Of a stretch of DNA of 53,248 nt, positions 35,301 to 43,357 are shown one piece after another. Source of the DNA: Rhizaria sp. SCN 62-66 (lineage: Eukaryota); contig MEDY01000199.1 of assembly GCA_001724265.1 (NCBI GenBank), forward strand, positions 1-53,248, in the 5' to 3' direction. The notes below the pieces were generated by a model that made no database searches, had not been told where the DNA came from, and worked only from the letters and a program-made list of their open reading frames with translations. The translations under genes and the position numbers were made by a program. Position 1 is the first letter of the stretch; every line of letters starts with the position of its first letter.

Positions 35301-35932
35301 GGTATATGACTCTGGCAGAACAGGCAGCTGCTGCGGCCGTCACTTCTGTCCCGCCTCTGTCACAAAGTCAAACCGTCGCAGAGTCTGAGAAGTCTGAGAA
35401 GCATGAGTCGGCAATGATAACCGCGATGAAGAAGAAGGGGCATTACAATGATATTGACGATGCAAGTACCCCTGATCTAAGCGTATTGCGCGTCAGTCGT
35501 CCTCCGTCAAGATTCTCCGGTATAGGCCCCGCTGGTGCGGTGTTACGCCGTCCCTCAACGGCGTCTAACACGCATCCAGTGGACAAGCTGCACTCGCAAC
35601 ATCAGTCTTACTCTCAGTCGCTTGTGCATGCGCAGCCCGGGTGGTCAGGACTGGCGGCGTCGATCCCAAGGGCGCAGTCGACAAGCGTCACGATTAACGC
35701 AAATGCCAACAAGATCAATGTCGGTGATACGGGCGCGACCGCGGCGACTGCTGCCACCGCGCGTCGTAACGGTAGCGCTGGAACTAGCGTCGGTGTGGGT
35801 GTTGGTGTCAGTACCGCGGCGACCGGCGCTGAGGCTGCGCGCCTCCAGTCGCGGACGAGGGGGCGGCAGCGGGACATGTTGGCGGCTCGCAGCAAGCCAC
35901 TTAACCCGGAAGACCTCTTCAAACCAATGTAA
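20381..35932 (+). CDS. Giant single-exon low-complexity protein (~5180 aa) with a dispersed cyclic-nucleotide-binding-like domain
   Basis: 15.5-kb stop-free frame; first ATG at 20381 (an acceptor-like ttttgtag at ~20312 could indicate an upstream exon). Ala/Ser/Gln/Asn-rich. cNMP-domain-like segments at ~21180-21450 and ~29300-29555. Confidence 0.8.
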   Translation: MATRPQSLCASPALGVDSPPGFNPAPGSSDTGAQQQQQQHNLASTDAGDSSAAASATTAGVASRSSNRASVGLVQFGAMPIAPVPRQAALGTLAAITVEGPSPPPPPQQPHIDVSVSSSSSASASTITSQSLRVVAAPHVQQQQLPLPSAVVDTNSSFLASSSSSVRATPSAAAVVAAAPTAAPSDIVPLSKLVPPLNPQSRLHPNNVQQHQRRTLSPLQSPRSQLQAHQLNSQSQSHAAVSAPAMSQLRASTWWARLSLKQRAALLKSSSPVFAPVPASALAPLLSDARVLWVPPRALLYQEGETTVSPPSLLLHTNNSMTGAVVAECAPLDANVKPPVPGSVYLVLAGSLALTVATAAHARRVLARSSAEATAALAAVPAMDTISKGAAVSKGVAGSAAKGALAGGRRGKGGRGKEAIYDLVAGDLTAEVKPRRVRTHKYHDSGYYAGDDDSNDDESCSCSCSCSEADSDSNSNASGAHSDCSCSCGASDAGCDDDDEEEGGEVDETDYCYCDGLAPPLDAGEVLRVKNTYGLHINITPTSNSANNKTNSSASKHNKTALSLNANADAGASASSLPQLKFRCSHCYRPFRPDFATNDIESSANSAHSSPTSPNRNLGRARRTPHKTTLARHNNYGGNDRGGVNRAPHIATASPGSADGNLNDPAAAAAAAADSESQDEPIWGHRHRDAYALPTVSISRAASPHPLGFTRTLGSGGGGGNAAAGVSPIANIGGFIAHSQPPRHQKPMSPSGVTASGSSDGSSVSSSSRRLFPPVSNNSNSGSSAATTTSAGFHVLRELASGPLDVRASDSSAGPEIKILTPRSFSPSRPAHGSLSTTGTAPAPVNAGLSGNASAVVAGNGAPPLPPRSQLRSPFSLSRAATPGAATATASAAGGASNVTNASAGAHGSPVKIVAHGHRKSDGNAVFSDARVQSASLLVAAAAAPATLSNSSNPEASRSPFVSVRSSLVLGGSAANANGDGARVSFVSRDTAGDASSPHIVPPFCRPLVVLAHQTSDKHKNDADINVAHASEQEQKQHGGVSKFSREGAPTARQASRPSSPLHSQERVGRRPQSPLHAVSGYSDREAAPKGDRSNYTGVSPKRGSSQGADSALLAGSNAHGHKTMFTFSQTPRRSDGSATVRTTAANTLNDTPVVVSDDGNSGDKAKPQAPPVPSSSYELALKAEAAADASFIPCSLPPALVNHTNDDAATTNAGDDNNVAATRVSAQAISLSQSFGKFVNGRFMATAGNVRPQTAGSIRKSNEPAFAAQFKAIMLAAAAAAAAEAETEADAAAAAAEADAAAEAEVKTQAKRDAYNAVKSASALSGDTAQTQSSSRSRPRLQRPATAGNTRCGNNSNAKTGVGASSTSAALRTVLCSSGPDGNSSGGGLVSDQQPSLGDFLSFKVDLLTGKPLTQQQQQQLLQQQQQQQQLMQAQMLAQGSIDSNATGSNTATMMATAIATAAATAATVNTGNASYPHPAAAACGRGGVTSSSGGGLSSIKMMQKARALAAAKMPSFLYNPSVNSHANVSRNEDAEASKMIALLSSLWPDQSSEINAIESSSNNPFAALVNNNNAGNSNNNAVNAEFTATALLHAASMLTLQERTANQLLEQQQQSSTGSYFGNEHGLSPEAAYFLRAADYARAAALSHAVTAAARRCGLTSVPRGGSQGGLTSSGHAFPLLLLFGDITVNPDAWDAVTAALSTNSNSRNLSGVLSRVSISSQGSQAHEALQQQLNGSSKSNSASSNITTSSGAAVTASAGASKADRDRAREWALASPVLSRFVAAAAAAGARARRIAGLAPLPSDVGASSNELVHPPGSVSALLPGDLGTYSSVLKGAWRSSDRLGSMVDDLKTSVDSLTASGRSKSAPRSRRQNSDTTGDTGETGTQGDGNITGRGSSRAATVRASAADDFPLLAAPATAPGPAAAATAAAATAAAARLLRGEGYYALTMRGDARAPFTVYQTAARAQSDSDNNADSELDEYDAGSDSGSDDEYVVAHAHSHAHGRSHKQRRHHRHCRVHGQSATHSHLGATSLDVALPILKMLPKTRGSFTFASPIPLPLVQPTKDNVSTTLGAHTTSVLANSKHNAPDETIASAADAQMRPEISPFLSPIRVAPSKSMSTAPLDRLHSPLHGYTSPLQPHIERNSLSDSSLPDGNKNNNESNDDDTPVNPDGDNDTGSDRDGGRERNLLPPLPPRSPSAALTHIQSRSGSSCESSASSKRRRFLSKYPSAESSSAAAPTSNTAASCRAGVAAVTFSSTDSVAATAAAAAAAKALSKTKADSGSKAIFDAHAEAAASQLDLLSPHIAYRSQSPSHGLSTLAIRAQSPSPHGRLLSLARSQSPSMAHGHVLRSQSPSHLMRVSIATSNATVGNQSVQSPLLTVAAAAAAAAAAATGTGAVAGTATPALPSRAQSRMGRPQSRALPRPAAGRGSPAPHGYAPSSAAANDTNAENVAAVGTVIGVDLTSRATPTATATGGTETATGATPARGRSKVKAAVNVNPNTDANTVDSKNKKSGKDNRLRPQPPPGTSTGTHVSASLDACDDTDLLAAPLSSLHTHGHSSATVSSRNLVSKHGKNKSSVNANKSDAVPPVITSTLTLLLPLLPASGAPTLVTIPPGRQAAYLKIPIPRAALSVITGGLSLRIHARPMMNSNVNSNAIIASSLGNVTETTSGVVASGSDGHRLGNPLDTICDVYVSTEDVHPSSQSHMASSFPLDQSKGALASVSVSASPVAGAVQVVLAHSHIVAAAESFHHNASANSKHKNANVRLALNSKNGSDLLCYVFVGVHASHVRGSKWVLTSNLVPVPTPLVSLALSGTAGARAAAAAADATVAATGAAAATAAAAAGLSATATAAAVAAAISTAQASAAVTASTHTLSLSTAAVAAAANDPSQGYVVDAQKLLALPYGDSDGVAKSRRRKQHKHTCLYHKRESSRRNSSAPNSDNAVAAGPAVTTTGIPYPPAPAASASLSLLTLYPGHLIDLHDLLSSQRPPRRFTAATPVHATPVRVPSAYLGKTRRHSNKNDALENSECCVSVPGAVVLELSAPMLRAIFSVPRSWAVAARRALVGLTAVHSLLCLGQVASALALASLPSALAYVQRPLATAWGDLGESADDADVTPLANCGTSVSKHIEGYLHPPTMYPVNTNPIVLTRHTAPLDSTTSPTDTAEAHLHSSGGYLDRSQQPASAGLWYPPPVSLLQPALPGEKGRLNFESLERAKVQRPFREDINKYHNSARSQGRLARPKTAKARVTFSDADMNGSSANGSNIVSSSSLGAADTTVAQETGFAAALRQRRPQPPSPEFVAAVASTVAAKHPSGLPLMTLSLTQEQYATLQHQHQQQSASSNLCTVDSTASSGPVGVARPSGVSCGPSLCNQAALAALRHMAHGRAPLSQSTLPQSVTTGATAAAATAGCSGAPPQKLRQQAPWGAPEAAVDAAVEARSRSNQSQAAAETAGAGSDRAGQSNNKDVAAAGTAILALAAAASITASTSASNKNGHGSNGSGAGDVKYSHGHGVVIGTKQGSSQDAYLHGNNKHRGIYNALHLDSGGLPAPYSADEAANVSALNQASTINTALLHAAAFASPNDNANGAANAGASGAGTKATSSSSSSSLSADASVVGGKLRKSVLNGVLMAAAAAGAPGTDVSAVLKLGRLTNTGLQQQTQSQSKSAGNSLMIEYNLPDAADYDDDADDALQTAEADTAAPDFSMTSSLAQPVTFSSFTPNVNSAAAPTAAPPATARPPSLRSMPPSASAAATVGPAARTRYSAAFALSTQRRAHRHLRTHTALAAVERGVVTVGRVEPRLQSRYGDESAERATGVLLDRRMYRMGTASYSNSIMSSTGYSTANSTMNTSTCNAIAVNEQIVCGSEAVDTANVAANIPRVGGSDGVVSPALPELPLQVHVQMAEQSEQQRRSHDHAVGVAAAAAAATLPTVAEVSRRVSRRSSLVAQLYSQSQLSPRAAPLSSPLTAPPGGGGEFALTPRNAATLARTNSNALLDSTAVSGSAVSSGITAIAENSRDDNDYDDNSSSDKTASAAAARNQLSGNGSLNAAATNSTQAVTVPVHMSLTRVLSLHLPTVPPPPEPVYLSPRVRPLPLHSDYAHRDSLPLGHLQQGQLSRASTGNAGVGAAASGPGAQVQMPAHVMSQSLALAQSIQQAQVLQQQQQQPLTGFFSANTMLSSATGSSSNTNIPAIGSSNNGVTLVPRHRRQTSTLTDGSVSPRNGVASPRNTLASSPCNSVASPRNSLVSQWSNVASPRHSGHFGSGNNDTVEPGGNAPMPSISGVGGLTLSGVSLHRTNSNTSAGNANAGDETSANPNGTASLAVPTLPLANVATSTAAPATLRRGMSLRLRSSFNSSSSSSSSSTSGGNPFYDSAVPLVFSEPSENDAALSHRRVVSMLATSAAARATATTGFYSQSSVALSESMAHARAAATAAAAAAVVTGGAYIGGADLGSLSASGAFSASSSLNASGSLNSHSNTGDFAASAAATQSQQHQQLQLQMQMQQRAAVPLTPSLTHSQQHPYLGMLAEVKARRLSLRQVAVAAAAAGRLRRGSHNTATSSSLGTHGVNTQGASTFGVNPQSSIALAGGETVSANNTSNPNNSSDVDSGVGSPKLANIGVIVDVDDEHEGNNANINLSAENDLFTPRTHFAILDSLTVDSATSDAHVNVNASASFDSVVTETTRGADVNVAPATSHVVCVSNDAKDVTSSGDQSTTNSDARPHRGVPARPFSPRTVFTFGAAVPNPASNNCENRVAGHVGISSHADLNDGAVTDAGPTRPRRETHAGEMDDVATAAEAAKPPLAETAASTTTVANSSNAVSAIQDVSASRNTVASRGVANITISVPEASGLDLSSFSAPWSPSLSRPPAVLTAETRASLAAAAAAAAASVAQAAGVRAHLDELPRRYLDRDTSRTVALSLRQARARAVSQGLASVTTTNAGAGVSASVGAGVGACRSGAGSIAGEPTERYMTLAEQAAAAAVTSVPPLSQSQTVAESEKSEKHESAMITAMKKKGHYNDIDDASTPDLSVLRVSRPPSRFSGIGPAGAVLRRPSTASNTHPVDKLHSQHQSYSQSLVHAQPGWSGLAASIPRAQSTSVTINANANKINVGDTGATAATAATARRNGSAGTSVGVGVGVSTAATGAEAARLQSRTRGRQRDMLAARSKPLNPEDLFKPM

Positions 35933-36484
35933 ATTACGTCACAATGACAACAACTCATTCTAACAATGGGTGCGGCGGAATGAACTGTAATTTTCTCAAC
36001 AATCTTCACTTTGTTGTTCAGGGTTGTACGTATTTCATGTTTTTTCAAGTGCTGTCTTTTCAAGTGCAACGATCTCTTGTCGCACTCCATTAACTTGTGC
36101 CGCGTAACACCACTGTTTTATACAAAATGCAACCTATACATATGCGTATTTTCCCAAACTAATACATGTGCTTCGTTCTATCTTACCAAACATCGTACTT
36201 TTTAAAGTCACGATCTTATCAATCCTCGTAAAAAGTCCCACAGGTGTTAGCAACAGCGCCGACAGTTTGTAGTAAGCCGGCAATACATGAATGAATAACA
36301 ACTTGCAGAAAGTTAATTAACGTGAATCAGAACTACTATAACCAAATGTATTATATATATAAGTATTAACGTCAGGATCGCCGACAATAGCAACACGTTT
36401 CCCAAACTAAGGAAACATCGTCTCGATGAAACTTGGAATACTCGCGGTCACTCCCTCGGCCACGTCCTCAAGTCGGAATGACGC

Positions 36485-39251
36485 TTAAGCGCGGTGCAAG
36501 TTCGCCCTCTTCCCCCCAGTCACCCCGCCCGGACTATTGCGCTGGTTGCCTCCCGCCGCATTTGCACCGGCTGAGGCGGTTGCGCAGGCGGCTAAACTTA
36601 GCGCGTAGCACTCGTCCTCGGTGATGGCCTCGACAAGCTCGAGCATGCGCGCGGCCGAGGGCCTGCGCGAGGGCTCCGGGTGCCAGCCCAGCGCGATGGC
36701 GCGCCGCAGATTCGCCGGGATGTCTCCGGGAATCGGCGGTCGGTAGTTCTGGATGCAAATCAGGAAGCGCAGCGTGGCGTCGACCTGCGAGGCCGCGGGG
36801 ATGCGCGGCAGCGGCGGCGGCAGCAGCGCGGGCACGGACGGCGCGGGCACGGCGGGCGCCGGCGCTGCTGCTACGGCTGGCACGGTGCGCGCGACGGACG
36901 CGGTCTCAACACTCACGCTGCTCTGCGTCGGCGTGCTCTGTGTTTTCGCAGAGAGCTGTTGCGGCGCAGTCGCAGCAGCACCGCTCGTGTCAGTGGAGAT
37001 GTCAGTGTTCGTGCCGTCAGCCTCAGTGTTCGTATTGCTGTTGCTGCCGCTGATGCGGTTAGCGAACGAGAACGAAGAAGCTTGCACGCCGGCGCTATTC
37101 CCGGAACCCGCGCTGCCACCGCGAGGGCTTGCGGCGCTATTGCTGCCAGTTGAGGCCACTGCACTGAGAGAGCTTGAGGTGGGATCAGAGCCGGTGCTGC
37201 TTTCGGTGCTACGCTCGGCAGCAGTGGCAACGGCAGCGACGCGAGACTTGTACGAGGCAATGCCGGATCCGCCAACGATGGCCGCGGAGCTCGAGTGGGC
37301 GGAAGCGTTGTTGTTCCCGCTTGAGATAACACTCGAGCTCGAGACGACAGCCTTGTTATTGCTGCTATTCAAACTCGAGCTACTGTTCGTGACAGCAGCA
37401 GTCGCTGCAGCAGCAGCAGCAGCAGCGGCGCTCTGGCTCTTCTTGCCCCCACTCTTACCGGCCAGCCGCGTCCTGCAGTTCGCGGCCGCACCCGCGCCGC
37501 GCGCGGCTGGCGGCTGCGTCAGGTGCAGCCGCAGCCGGCATTCGAGGTCGTGGAACGGCACCTCGCCGGTCACAATCTCCCAGAGCACGCACGCCAGCGC
37601 GTACACGTCGGCCTTCTCGTCGTAGGGAAAGCCCATGATGACCTCGGGCGCGAGCCAGTTGACGCGCTCCGGCACGCGCAGGCCCATGACGTCGGACTGC
37701 AGCGCGGGCACCAGCATGCGACCAAGCCCCAGCGCCTGCGCGTAAGCGCCCGCCGCGCCCGCGCCCGCGCCCAGGAAGAAGCCGAAAGGATTACTCCCTG
37801 AGCTAGCCGCGGCGCTGTTGATGTGCGCGTACGCGTTGTTGTTGTTGTGGTTATTGTTGTTGTTGTTGTCGTTGTTGTTGGCGTAGTTCGATGAAGGTGC
37901 GAAGAAAGGGGAGGACGACGCAGACGACATGCTAAAACTACCCCGAGTGCTGACGCTTGCGACAGCGGTAACGCCGTTCACAGCGCTGTTGTTCGCGCTG
38001 GTGCCGGTGGGAGCAAGACTGCGAGTAAGCACTGAAGGGGTCGAGGTACTTACACTGGCGTGAGAGACATGATGGCCAGAAATGCTGACGCTGTCACTCG
38101 TCATCACCGTACCAGTGTTCAAACTGTTATAGTGCTGCAACGCCTCCGCGTCCTCCTCCGCCCCCGCGCCTGCGACCGCGGCGACGGACGCCGCCGCAGC
38201 CGCCACGGCCGTCGCCGCCGCCACCGCGCCCGCAAACGTCTCCGACGGCGTGAAGGAGCAGCGCGAGCTCGACCGGCTCAAACGACCGCCCATGGCAGCG
38301 GCGGCGGCGGAGGCGGAGGCGGAGGCGGAGGCAGGTGTGATCACACTGTTCCGCGCACTCGCAGTGACGACGGTGCTGTTCGCGGCGGAGGCACCGGCGC
38401 TGACCGCGTTATCGTTGCCGATGTTGATATTGGGGGTCCTTGCGAGATCGTCGCTCGAGTCGGAATCAGCCAGCAAGGGGGAAATGGCAGCACTGGCGAC
38501 TGTGGGCGCCGCGGGGGAAGCTAAGCCGCCTCTTGCGGCAGCACCGTCTTGCTCGCGCGACTGCGAGCTGTTGCTGCTGTTGCCGGCATTGTTGTTGTTG
38601 TTGTTGCTGTTGTTGTGCAGGAGCAACGTCGACGCGGCCGAGGCCGCCTGCAGCGCAAAGGACGACGGTTTGCTATTGGTATTATTCGCGCCGACACTGC
38701 CGACCACGATGCCGTGCGGCTGCGAAGGGGCGAACGTGTGCGTCGCCTCGCCGGACGCGACAGGCGTGCTCGCGTTGCCGCTAAAGCCAATAGGGATCGC
38801 GCCACTGACGCTGCCGCGGCCAGTCTGCGCCGCTGTCGCGCTTGCAGTGTTGGGCTGGCTACCGACGTCGCCAGCGGCGTTGGAGGATAAAAGCCCGAGG
38901 CCGAGCGCGAAACTGTGCCGGCGACTCACGCTCGCGCCGCTCCCGCTGCCGCCGTAGGCGCTCACGGCGTTGCCGTGCTCCGGCGCAATGTTCGCGTGCG
39001 GCCGAGAGGTCGCGGTGGTGTTCGCAGAGAAGTGACTCTGAGCGCCCAGTGCGCTCTCCTCGTCGTAGCAGCTGCTCACGTGGCTGTTGCTATGGCTGTG
39101 GTCCTGGCTGTGGCTGGTCGCGGCGGCCACAGCGGCCGTGGTCAACGCAGGCACCGTGATGGCCGCGTCCGCCCCCAACAGCAGCAGCCGTGTCGCAGCG
39201 TCCGCCGCGGTCTCCAGCATTCGCCGCTCGCGCTCGTGCTCCTGTTCGCTG

Positions 39252-39283
<32 letters not shown>

Positions 39284-42200
39284 ACTGCCACTCGCACTGG
39301 GGTGGGCATTGGCGTCGCCCGAGTTCACGCTCGTGGCGTGCGGCGAAGAAACACTGCCGCGGGAGCTCTTCGCGAAACCACTTGAGCTCGCACTGGCTGC
39401 AGTCTTGCTGCCGTGAGCGTGGCCGTGACCGTGATGACTGTTGTGCGAGGACGCAAAGTGCTGCTGCGGCGGCGACAGCAGGCCGCCGTCGCTCGCGAAC
39501 ATCGGCCCCTGCGGTGTCCCGGTCACCAGCGCGCTCAGCACGCCCGCGACGGCGGCGGCCGAGGCGCCCACGGTCGCTGCGTGGCTTCCGGCGCCCAAAC
39601 TGGAGAGGTCTCCAGCCGCGCCGGCGCCCGCGCCGCCGTGCGAGTCGCCCTGCAGGAACGTGGTGGAGGACGTGCGGACTAAGGGGGGCACTGGGGTACT
39701 TAGACTGCTCGCGTTGGCGGCCGCGCTGGACGCGGGATTTGACCGAGAGCGCGACTGTGAGCGCGACGAGTCACGGCTCTGTGGAGTGCCGCTGCTCAAA
39801 GTTAAGTCGCGTGTCTGGCTACGACCACGGCTCCCACTACTGCTCGTGCTGCCGTTCGTCGCGGCACTGGGGCCGAGCTGGAAAGTGTCGTTGCTGTAAT
39901 TGCTAGTGCCGCTGTGCTCGTGCGAGTGGCCAAGAGCAGAGCTATTGGAGTAGCTTTGATGCTGCTGCTGCTGTTGCGGGAGCAGCGAGTGGCCGCCTGG
40001 GCTGTCGTAGCTGTGCGGGTTGAGCGCGCTAATGGAGTCTCCGGTCGACACGACGATCTGCCGCGACAACTCCAAGTCCGCCAGCTTCATGTGCCCGTCG
40101 GCACCAAGTAGGAAATTACCCGACTTGATGTCCAGGTGCAGGACGGGCGGCGACTGCGAGTGCAGGAATGCGACGGCACGGCAGCAGTCGCGCAAGTAGC
40201 GCAGGCGCTGCGGCCACGGCAGGCCCGTGACGCGGGGGCGGGGGGACGTGTAAGCGGCCTGGGGCGCGGGGTAAGGGCCCTTATATCTCGGCGGTGCAGT
40301 GAGGCTTGGAGGGGCATAAGCACCTTTGTTCTTGCCAAGACTTGAACTAGAGCTAGAGCTAGAGCTGGAGCTAGAGCTGTGCAGCAAGTTATCGTTACTG
40401 CTGTTCGCGACTGCCGTGTTGTTTGCCTCAACATCGTCGTCCTCCTCCGGCTGAGTCGTGTTCTTGCTGGGATTGTTGACCGTGATCACAGTCACTTGGT
40501 GAGGGGCGGTCGCGGAAAATGAAGCCGCGTCCTCACTCGCACCCTTAGACTGCGACTTGGACTTCGAGTCATCAGTCGTCGTGTAAGTATCGTCGTCTGC
40601 AAGGGTGCCATAGCCAGAAGAGCCACTACGCACAGCAGCAGCAGCAGTAGCAGCAGCGACGCCACCCTTAGACTTGCTGTTATCCGAGCCCCTAGACGAC
40701 GACTTGAGCAGCGCCATACGCTCTTCACCCTTAGACCCACCCTTAGACCCACCCTTAGACTTCGCCGCCGAAACCAACTTAGCCTCGGCGCTACTGCTCG
40801 TATCGACAAGCAGAGGCTCCTTCATCCCACTGCCATCCTGGCCGTGTGTAACGAGTGTCAGTGCAGGAACCCCCTTAGCCGCCTCCTGTCCCCGCGAATG
40901 CATCTGCGACAGCTGTGTGTGCGCGCTCGCCTTTGCCTGCGACAGCGACTGCGCGTGGGCTGCGTCCCACTTTGCGACCTCGCGCCGCTGGCTGGCGTAG
41001 GTCTGCTGCAAGATGTCCATCAGCGAACCCTGGCAAAGCTCCATCACCAGACAGATCGCCGGCGGGTTCACGCACAACCCCTCGACCTTGACAACATTGG
41101 GGTGCGAGAGCTGTGACAGCAACGCGGCCTCCTGGCAGAAGGACGCGATGACCTCAGGCGTCAGGTCCACGCAGTACACCATCTTCACTGCGACGGGCCG
41201 GCCGCGGTAGGCGCCCTTGAAGACGCGCGCGGTGCTGCCCGCGCCCAGGATCACGTGTTTGTGGCTGGCGGCGGCGGCCGCGGCGGCGGCGGCGAGCGCG
41301 GCGGCAGCCTCGTCCTCCTGCTCTTGCTCCGGCTCTTGGTCGTCGCTGTCGCTGCTGATGCTGCTCACTGCCGTTGTGGCGGCCGGTGCCGCCGAATCGC
41401 CGCTAGCAGAACTCGACGCCGCCGCCGCCGCCGCTGCCGCTGTCGCCGCGAGTGCCGAGGCGACCTGCTTGGACTTCTTGGCCGCGGCCTTCGCGGCCTT
41501 CGCGGCGGCCTTCACGGCGGCCTTCGCGGCGGCCTTCGCGGCGGCCTTGGCCTGGCCGGGCACAGCGGCGCCCGCGTCGGGCAAAACCTCGCGGTCCAGA
41601 GTCAGGTGCTCGAAAGACACGATCTTGATCGACGGGCCCGTGTTGTCGAGACTGGAGTGGGAAAGTGAAGAGAGATCAAGGCAATCAAAAATACGTGAGA
41701 AAATCAAGAATAATCAGAGAAAACAATTGAATCAATGCTAGTTTAGTTTGGTGTGGTGCTATATTCTCGATATGTTTCGTTTCATATCTATGTTGCGAAC
41801 GTACCGAGCGGCGAGCGCGCGCGCCGAGGTGGGCTCGAGCTGCATGCCGTGCAGCGGCGCCGACACCGAGTCGTCGTACTTCCACCGCGCGCGCAGCGTC
41901 GCCTCTGCGGCCGCGGCGACGACGGCGGGCGCGGGCGTCGTCGGCACGGCGCGCGCAGAGCCCGGGTAAGGAGCGGGGGTACTTACACTGCCGCGCGGAG
42001 TGGCGGCGGCGCCGCGGGGGGCGCTGCTGAGGGAGACGCTGAGGCGAGAGCTCGTCAGCAGCGCGGAAGATCCGCCAGCGCTTGGCGTGCTCACATGTCC
42101 ACCCTGTTGCTGCTGTTGCTGCTGGTTCTGGAAGGCGAAGTCACCCGAGGATCCACTGACACTCTCCTCCTGCTCCTGCTGAGCTTGTTGTTGCTGCTGT

Positions 42201-43357
42201 TGTTGTTGCAGGGCGTGGTAGCGCCGGTGCTCTTGCTGCGAGGACGACACGAGCCGCTGCAGCGTGCGGTAGAGCTTGTTCTGGGTGGCGTAGGCCGACT
42301 TGGCAGCGGCGGGCACGCGGGGCTGCGCGGCCGCGGCTGAGAGCCCGACCCAGTAGCGCGAGTCGGCCAGCAGCGCGACGTAGGCCGCGAAGGGTGCCGC
42401 GAGCGCCAGCACGCCGTGCGTCGACAGGGCGTGGAAGCAGTAGCCGAGGTTGAAGGAGAAGAAGCGCAGGAGCGCGGACGCAAGCAGACAGGAGGAGGAG
42501 AAGGACCAGAAGGCTGCGTACGCGATGACGGCGGGCCGGCGCGGGAAGACCGTGGTGGGCATGGTGAGGCAGAGGAGGTTGAACGCGAGCGCGAGAGCGG
42601 CCCAAACGGCGGCGGGGAGGAGCGAGAGCAGCAACGTGGCCGGGTAGTAGAACGAGAGGAAGTGCGCGACGGCCGTGACGGCGCCCCAGGCGAGTGCGAC
42701 CGTGAGCGCAGTGGTGGCGGACCGGCGGCCGACGCCGCGGCAGCACAGCAGCACGGCGATGGCGGTGTAGGTGCTGTAGACGACGGCCCAGCACAGCGAG
42801 TGGGCAACCGAGTTGGCGAGCGGGTTGACGCCCGCGCCCGAGGAGCTGGCGCTGCCGGCGCTGGTGAAGTCAATGATGGACACGGGGAGCAGCACGTCGA
42901 GCAGGCCCTGCGCGAGGCACACGAAGGCGATGAAGTACAGGATGTTCAGGTACATCGGGAAGACAATCGCCTCCAAGTGCCTGTTGTTATTCAGACTCTC
43001 GTAGCCCCCATGGCTGCCGCTGTCGCCAAGGCCGCCGCCGCCGCCGCCGCTGCTGCGGCGCGCGAGGCGGCGCTGCTTGAGAGCGATGACGATGACTGCG
43101 CACGCGCACACCAGCTCCAGCGCCGCCAAAATCACGCCGTAGAGCGTGATATCGTTACTAGCGGTCGCCGAGGCGTCGTATGTGAGAGGGTTCAATGAAC
43201 TCAGGGAGAAATAGTTCCTGTCACCGCTCGCGTTCGCGCCAGCGTAAGCGTTTGGATCATTGCTGTTGCTGTTGCTGTTTGGTTGGGAGCCAGGCCAGTA
43301 GGTCAGCGCTGTGCGACAGATGGAGAGATGACTGTCAACATCGTGAAACCAAGACAT
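36485..43357 (-). CDS. Seven-transmembrane (GPCR-like) domain fused to a tyrosine-kinase-like (TKL) protein kinase, ~2240 aa, 2 exons
   Basis: Exons 43357-41805 and 41651-36485 (153-nt GTACGT..CAG intron, phase 2, in frame). Seven hydrophobic segments in exon 1. Kinase motifs LGAGSTARV, VAVK, HPNVV, LVMELC, HLDIKSGNFL, KLADLE, WLAPE, DVYALACVLWEIVTGEVPF, RPPIP..W...P..RPSA. Confidence 0.87.
41480..41550 (-). repeat. Coding 12-bp tandem repeat encoding (KAAA)n inside the kinase gene
   Basis: Repeated gcggccttc(gcg) units on the + strand translate to AKAAAKAAAKAAVKAAAKAAKAAAKK. Confidence 0.8.

Noticed and set aside
37680..40060. Intein or mobile element as the source of the kinase activation-loop insertion
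   Set aside because: No Cys/Ser...His-Asn splice motifs, endonuclease motifs or terminal repeats; the insert is simple low-complexity sequence.
20338..43198. Many antisense and alternate-frame ORFs of 100-360 aa over the large genes
   Set aside because: Expected shadows of GC-rich, stop-poor coding sequence; they carry no independent motifs.
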